DNA of 40,230 nt from Octopus sinensis (taxonomy: Eukaryota). The first letter of the stretch is position 1, and each line of letters starts with the position of its first letter. The stretch covers positions 1-40,230 of the forward strand of contig NW_021832941.1 of the NCBI RefSeq assembly GCF_006345805.1. The letters run 5' to 3'. A program made the translations under genes and the position numbers. Below are positions 34,540 to 40,230 of this stretch, one piece after another. Below the pieces are notes generated by a model that was not told where the DNA came from, searched no databases, and worked only from the letters and a program-made list of their open reading frames with translations.

Positions 34540-34761
34540 TTTTGAAAATAAAATGGCTAAATGAAACCACGAAGGCTATGAGAATTTTTTTTTTTCAATT
34601 TTGCCCACAATGGACAAAATTTTGTGTAGATATTTATCAAAGGTTTGCAGTGGATGTTGTTGCACAACTTTTAAACACAAAATATTTGTCAATATACACT
34701 TTTGAACGTACAAAATTACCAACTTAGGTGGAGCCCATTTGACTTGCGTCTGTCTGTCCAG

Positions 34762-34890
<129 letters not shown>

Positions 34891-35419
34891 GATAGATCGT
34901 CAAACAGATAAACAGACAGAAATAGATGGATATGTAGATAGATAGAATCTGAGTGTGTGTGTGTGGTGGGGAAAGTGAGAGGGAATGTTCGTATGGTAGT
35001 GGTTTAGTAGGTTAGTGTATACTTCTGTGTGTTGGATTAGAGAATTTCAATGATGGAATACAAGTGTTTGGATGATAGTGTGTGTGTGTGTGTGCGTATG
35101 CGAATGTGTGTGTGTGTGTGTGTTGCATTCCTGCTTCTAGCGTGTTACTCTATGCATATGTGAGTGGAAGGGAGCATGTGTACCTGTATAAAAGATATGT
35201 TTTCTAACTTCCGTTGATAGGATCTCACTCTATAATTATCTGAGACGTTGCAGAAGACGGGGAAACAAAAAAATAATGCCTTCAGTTACACACACACACA
35301 CACACACACACATAAGAAAACACACACACATGGACACATACACTCATGGACATATACACACATGCACATACGAAAGAGTCCGCGTTCTCACAAGTATACA
35401 TACGGATATATATGAAGTG

Positions 35420-35710
35420 TTACGCACATGTATGTATGTATGTACATATGTACGTATGTATGTATGTATGTATGTACATATGTACGTATGTATGTATGTA
35501 TGTATGTATGTATGTGTGTATGTATGTATGTATGTATGTATGTATGTATGTATGTATGTATGTATGCATGCATGTATGTATGTATGTATGTATATATGTA
35601 TGTATGTATGTATGTGTGTATGTATGTATGTACGTATGTATGAATGTATCAGGCTGAGCGAACCTGATATATATATGCATATATGCATGTATGCATGCAT
35701 ACATACATAC
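35420..35710. repeat. (TATG)n microsatellite
   Basis: Direct reading. Confidence 0.95.
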
Positions 35711-36110
35711 CTCTAATATAATAAATGCGAAAACTAATTCGTGTGTGTCAGTGTGTCACACTTAGACCTCGTCTCTCACTATTCAATGACACTGCTACTA
35801 TTCTTCATGATGGGGTGAGAGTAGTAGTAGGCATAGAGGGTGGTGGCGAAGACAGAGAGAGAGAAAGAAAGAAAAAGAGAAAGAGAGACAGAGAAATTTA
35901 GGAAGAGTTGATGATGCTTTATTAAAAATAGTGTTGATGGTGGTGGCCGTTAGAGGAATAATAAAAGAGAGAGAAAGAGTGGGTGTGTGAGAGAAAGAAG
36001 GAGATTATGTACAACCGTGTTTAAGCATATCTCTTTCACAGAAATTCTTGTGGCCAACATACTGAACACTATCACTTTTGTTTTATATTTTGCTTACTTT
36101 AATACAAACA

Positions 36111-36201
<91 letters not shown>

Positions 36202-36307
36202 CGTATTCATATATATATAAAATACACTTGAATTGAAATTAAGTTTCCCCAAAATTAAACATGCCATATCCCAATATATCATGCCATTTTGGAATCAGGC
36301 TGACTCC

Positions 36308-36550
36308 ATGAGTGAATTAAAAACATTCTGAGCCGAATCTGGACCCACAATCCTGAAATTTTGGATTCCCAAGTTTTCATTACTCTGATTATTTTCGGCA
36401 ATTCTTTTACGTGATGTTTTGTGACAAATTTTTTTGTACGATAACAATTTTTGTAACCTAAGGGCTAACACTGTGAGTAAATGAAAAGCATTCTGGGCCG
36501 AATCCAGACCTGCAATTCTGAAATTTTGGATTCCTATGTTTTCATTATTG
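36308..36550. repeat. Diverged direct duplication of a ~75-bp segment at 165-bp spacing
   Basis: ATTCTGAGCCGAATCTGGACCCACAATCCTGAAATTTTGGATTCCCAAGTTTTCATT versus ATTCTGGGCCGAATCCAGACCTGCAATTCTGAAATTTTGGATTCCTATGTTTTCATT. Confidence 0.85.
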
Positions 36551-36729
36551 CCATTGTTTACGGTGACTTTTTTTTCATGAATTTTGTTTTTGCGACGAAT
36601 ATGATCATGATTGGGATATGACTCTGGAGGAAGCAATTGCCATAAATTCTCCAAAAAGAAGTCAAAGATCTGTTTGCAGACCTTCCCATCCAGGGTCGGT
36701 CACTTAAAAGCTATATACTAGTTTAAATG

Positions 36730-37080
36730 CCACACATACATACATACATACATACATACATACATACATACATACATACATACATACATACATACATACA
36801 TTCATACATACATACATACACATACATACATGAATACATACATACATACATACATACATACATTCATTCATACATACATACATACATACATACACATACA
36901 TATATGAATACATACATACATACATACATACATACATACATACATACATACATACACATACATACATGAATACATACATACATACATATATACATACATA
37001 CATACATTCATACATACATACATACATTCATACATACATACATACATACATACATACATACATACATACATACATACATA
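36730..37080. repeat. (TACA)n microsatellite
   Basis: Direct reading. Confidence 0.95.
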
Positions 37081-37230
37081 CGAGCATCGGACGAAATACG
37101 TTGCCCTATTGATTCCGGCTCTTTCTATTCTGAGATCAAATCCCGCTGTGATTAAATTAGCTTTCCATTTTCCCACAGCCGACAAAGTACCAGTGAAATA
37201 CTGGGTCGATTCATCTCCAACACCCACCCG
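37081..37230 (+). mobile_element. SINE family A, diverged and 5'-truncated
   Basis: GCATCGGACGAAAT...TTCTGAGATCAAATCCCGC...AGCTTTCCATTTTCC...GACAAAGTACCAGTGAAATACTGGGTCGAT. Confidence 0.65.
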
Positions 37231-37619
37231 CCACCTCTGTCTCTAATTTTTCACATTGTACCATGGGAATGGTTGTTGGAGCCACCAGTACCATTCCGTC
37301 CGCAACGTAAGATAATATTGTTTTCGAGAGTGATTCAGGAATTACACAAACTGCTGCTATCCTGCTCAACAGTCATATTCAATGCAATCATTGCATACAG
37401 CGGTAACGTGCGATCGAACCAACAACAGCAACCTTTATGTCAAGAGTACGCGTGTCTATTTGTATCAGATGTATTGCAATTGGACAAAGGTTAACATTTG
37501 CTCAGCCGCGAGGAAACCCAACTGACGAGAAGTTCTAATCCTTGCCACCTGTCAAAAACTCAGCATCTCGACTACAATCCTTACATGTCAGTATTACTTA
37601 GTGATTGGCGTCCTCATCT

Positions 37620-37726
37620 CTCTCTCTATCTATTTCTTTCTTTCTTTCTTTCTTTCTTTCTTTTACACTTTTTACACTTTCGACACACTATCTTCTTGCT
37701 TTATCTATCTAACTATCTATTTATCA

Positions 37727-37801
<75 letters not shown>

Positions 37802-37808
37802 AATATAT

Positions 37809-37864
<56 letters not shown>

Positions 37865-38084
37865 CTATCTCTCTGTCTGTCTATCTACCTAACTACCTAC
37901 CTACCTACCTACCTACCTATCTGACTGTCTGTATGTACGTATGTCTGTCGTCTATTTCTCTATCTAGTTGTCTGTCTATCAGTCTATCTGTCTAACGGCA
38001 TATCTGTCTATCTGCATGTCTGTCTTCATGTCTGTTTGCCTGTCTGCCTGCCTGTTTCTCAGTTTAATTATTCATCTAACTATT

Positions 38085-38130
<46 letters not shown>

Positions 38131-38193
38131 TCTGTTTCTCTTTTTACATATATTTATGGGTGCGTGTGTGCATCGGCTTATATATATATATAT

Positions 38194-38220
<27 letters not shown>
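37620..38220. repeat. (TCTA)/(TCTG)/(TC)/(TA) compound microsatellite
   Basis: Direct reading. Confidence 0.9.
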
Positions 38221-38225
<5 letters not shown>

Positions 38226-38358
38226 TATACATACACACACATTCACCTAGATTGAGAAAGAACGGTAAAGAAAGTGAAACACGCCACTTACTATTGCCGC
38301 CGCCATCTTAGAAGAATTTCATCAAAATCCTGCCAGAACTCCAGTCATAACCTTCCAC

Positions 38359-38403
<45 letters not shown>

Positions 38404-39444
38404 CCCACTTATCTCTCCCTCTACCTCTATGCATCTGTTTCTCTCTCCTCACCACCTCCTCTCTATTACCATGTACAGAACATAAATCAATCACAGATGC
38501 TGATCTAAGACGAGACCTTTATTATCCTCGATTCTCTTTAGAGCATGAACAGGTCATTGGTAGCGTCTGGTGGGAGTCTTTTTAAGATTATGTTAACCTC
38601 TCGCTGTATCTATGCGCGCGCGCGTGTGCGAGAGAGAGAGACTGACGATGTCTATGGCAATATATCGTCATACAGACACACATGCACATACGCATATATA
38701 TACATATATATATATGTATGTGCCTATATATATATACATATATATATGTATGTGTGTATGTGTGTGTGTGTGTATGTGTGTGTGTGTGTATGTGTTTGTA
38801 ACATACACACATTTGTGTGCTTGCAATCACACAAAAATGCATGTTCTACATATGTATACATGTGTGTGTGTGTGTGTGTATGTGAGAGAGAGAGAGAGAG
38901 CGAGTTTAAGTATCCACATATACATACATACATATATACATACGTATACATACATACCTACACCCCCCCCCACACACACACATATATATATATATACATA
39001 CAGACACACAAGCGCGCTCACACCCACACAGACACCAGGACCCTTCCACCAAATATATATATATATATATATCCACCAACCCCTACAAACAAATGGTAAT
39101 CTTTTCAAATGTCACGTTCCGATTTCGGTTTTTATTTTTATAAATTTTTTTTTGTACATTATTTTCTTTATTTTTCTCTTAGTTCCTTCTATCAGCCATT
39201 GATCATCGACTTGCACCCCTCTCTCCCTCCGCACTACGTCATAACTTACGATCCACCCAGCACGTACCATTTTCCTCATACCCTTATTCCATCTCCAAGA
39301 CCACCACCACCGACAATTGCCTCGCGGCACTTCCTCCTGTTTCTATTCCAAGTCATTCCACGGGAAGCATCGAAGTCACAAATGAACGATTACAAGAAAC
39401 AGACCTCGAAAATAATATAAATATTTACTTTATAGTCGTTGTTG

Positions 39445-39468
39445 CTGTTATTATATTATTATTATTAT

Positions 39469-39533
<65 letters not shown>

Positions 39534-39584
39534 TTGAGAATCCATCATTATTATTATTATTATTGTTGTTGTTGCTGTTGTTGT
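39445..39584. repeat. (ATT)/(AGT)n/(GTT) triplet microsatellite
   Basis: Direct reading. Confidence 0.95.
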
Positions 39585-39697
39585 TAAGGTGGCGAGCTGG
39601 CAGAATCGTCAGCGCACCAAACAAAATGCTTTTGCTATATTTCGCTTGTTTTCAATTTCTGAGTTCGAATTCTGCCGAGGTTGACTGGTTTCATTCT
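39585..39697 (+). mobile_element. SINE family A, 3'-truncated
   Basis: AAGGTGGCGAGCTGGCAGAATCGTCAGC...GAGTTCGAATTCTGCCGAGGTTGAC...TTTCATTCTTT. Confidence 0.8.
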
Positions 39698-40230
39698 TTT
39701 TATAACTACTACTACTACAACTGCTGCTGTTACTACTACTACTACTACTATTAATAAACTAATGTTCACAACATGGTGTTCCTCAATGTCAAATCCCTGG
39801 AGAAATAGATGAAAGCCACATAAGCAAATATAAACATTCACACATACAAGCCATAACAGAAACACTAACGTCGGCACCTTCTTTACGTGCGTGCTTATCT
39901 CCCCTGTCATCCAGTACCCTCTCGCTCTTTATATATATAGAGCATATATTTGTGTATGTATGTGTGTGTGTATACATATACATATTTAGACACACACACA
40001 CCAACAACCATACAACCACTCTGATTTTGTAATTGTACACCTCTACATGCATACATTTACACATCACAAAATCACACACACACGCACACACACACATACA
40101 CACATATAAACAAACCCTTTTGTTTCTTCTTCTATTCCCATATTTGTAGCTGAAAACCATATTCCTACCTGGCCCCTAAACCCGCACCCGTTTTTCATCT
40201 TTTCGTTGCAACCACTTTTCGTCTTTGACG

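Larger units (their letters stand above)
28713..34760 (-). mobile_element. Near full-length Tx1-like (L1 clade) non-LTR retrotransposon, inactivated
   Basis: Putative 5' UTR 34540-34760, ORF1 with CCHC knuckle, ORF2 APE-RT-zinc finger, ~350-bp 3' UTR ending GTGGGTAATAAAGAAA; several frameshifts and one in-frame stop; exact 5' boundary inferred. Confidence 0.92.

Overview
Eukaryotic, gene-poor, extremely microsatellite-rich DNA. Its repeat content (TA/TG/TATG/GATA/TAA arrays plus recurrent tRNA-type SINEs) fits a coleoid cephalopod, most likely Octopus; this is inferred from repeat style, not from a database match. No host protein-coding gene could be supported, and almost all ORFs in the supplied track are translations of microsatellites. 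Interpretable content: (i) a near full-length but frameshifted ~6 kb Tx1-like (L1 clade) LINE on the minus strand at 28713-34760, flanked on both sides by (GATA)n, plus a 5'-truncated relative at 5092-6085; (ii) a Dong/R4-like restriction-like-endonuclease LINE 3' end in a (TAA)n array, and a decayed RTE/Rex3-like LINE; (iii) about 16 SINE copies or fragments in three modular families (called A, B, C here); (iv) a Helentron-type non-autonomous element; (v) a 29 x 32 bp minisatellite that grew out of a SINE tail; (vi) several hammerhead-ribozyme motifs of the Penelope-like-element type. The most unusual signal is a minus-strand hammerhead core at 24085-24160 whose three strands occur in a non-circularly permuted order. 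Next are a SINE 3' tail shared with the Tx1-like LINE, a SINE with a twin-priming-like 5' inversion, and a 169-bp fold-back carrying two divergent hammerheads. All alignments and folds were done by eye; repeat boundaries are approximate.
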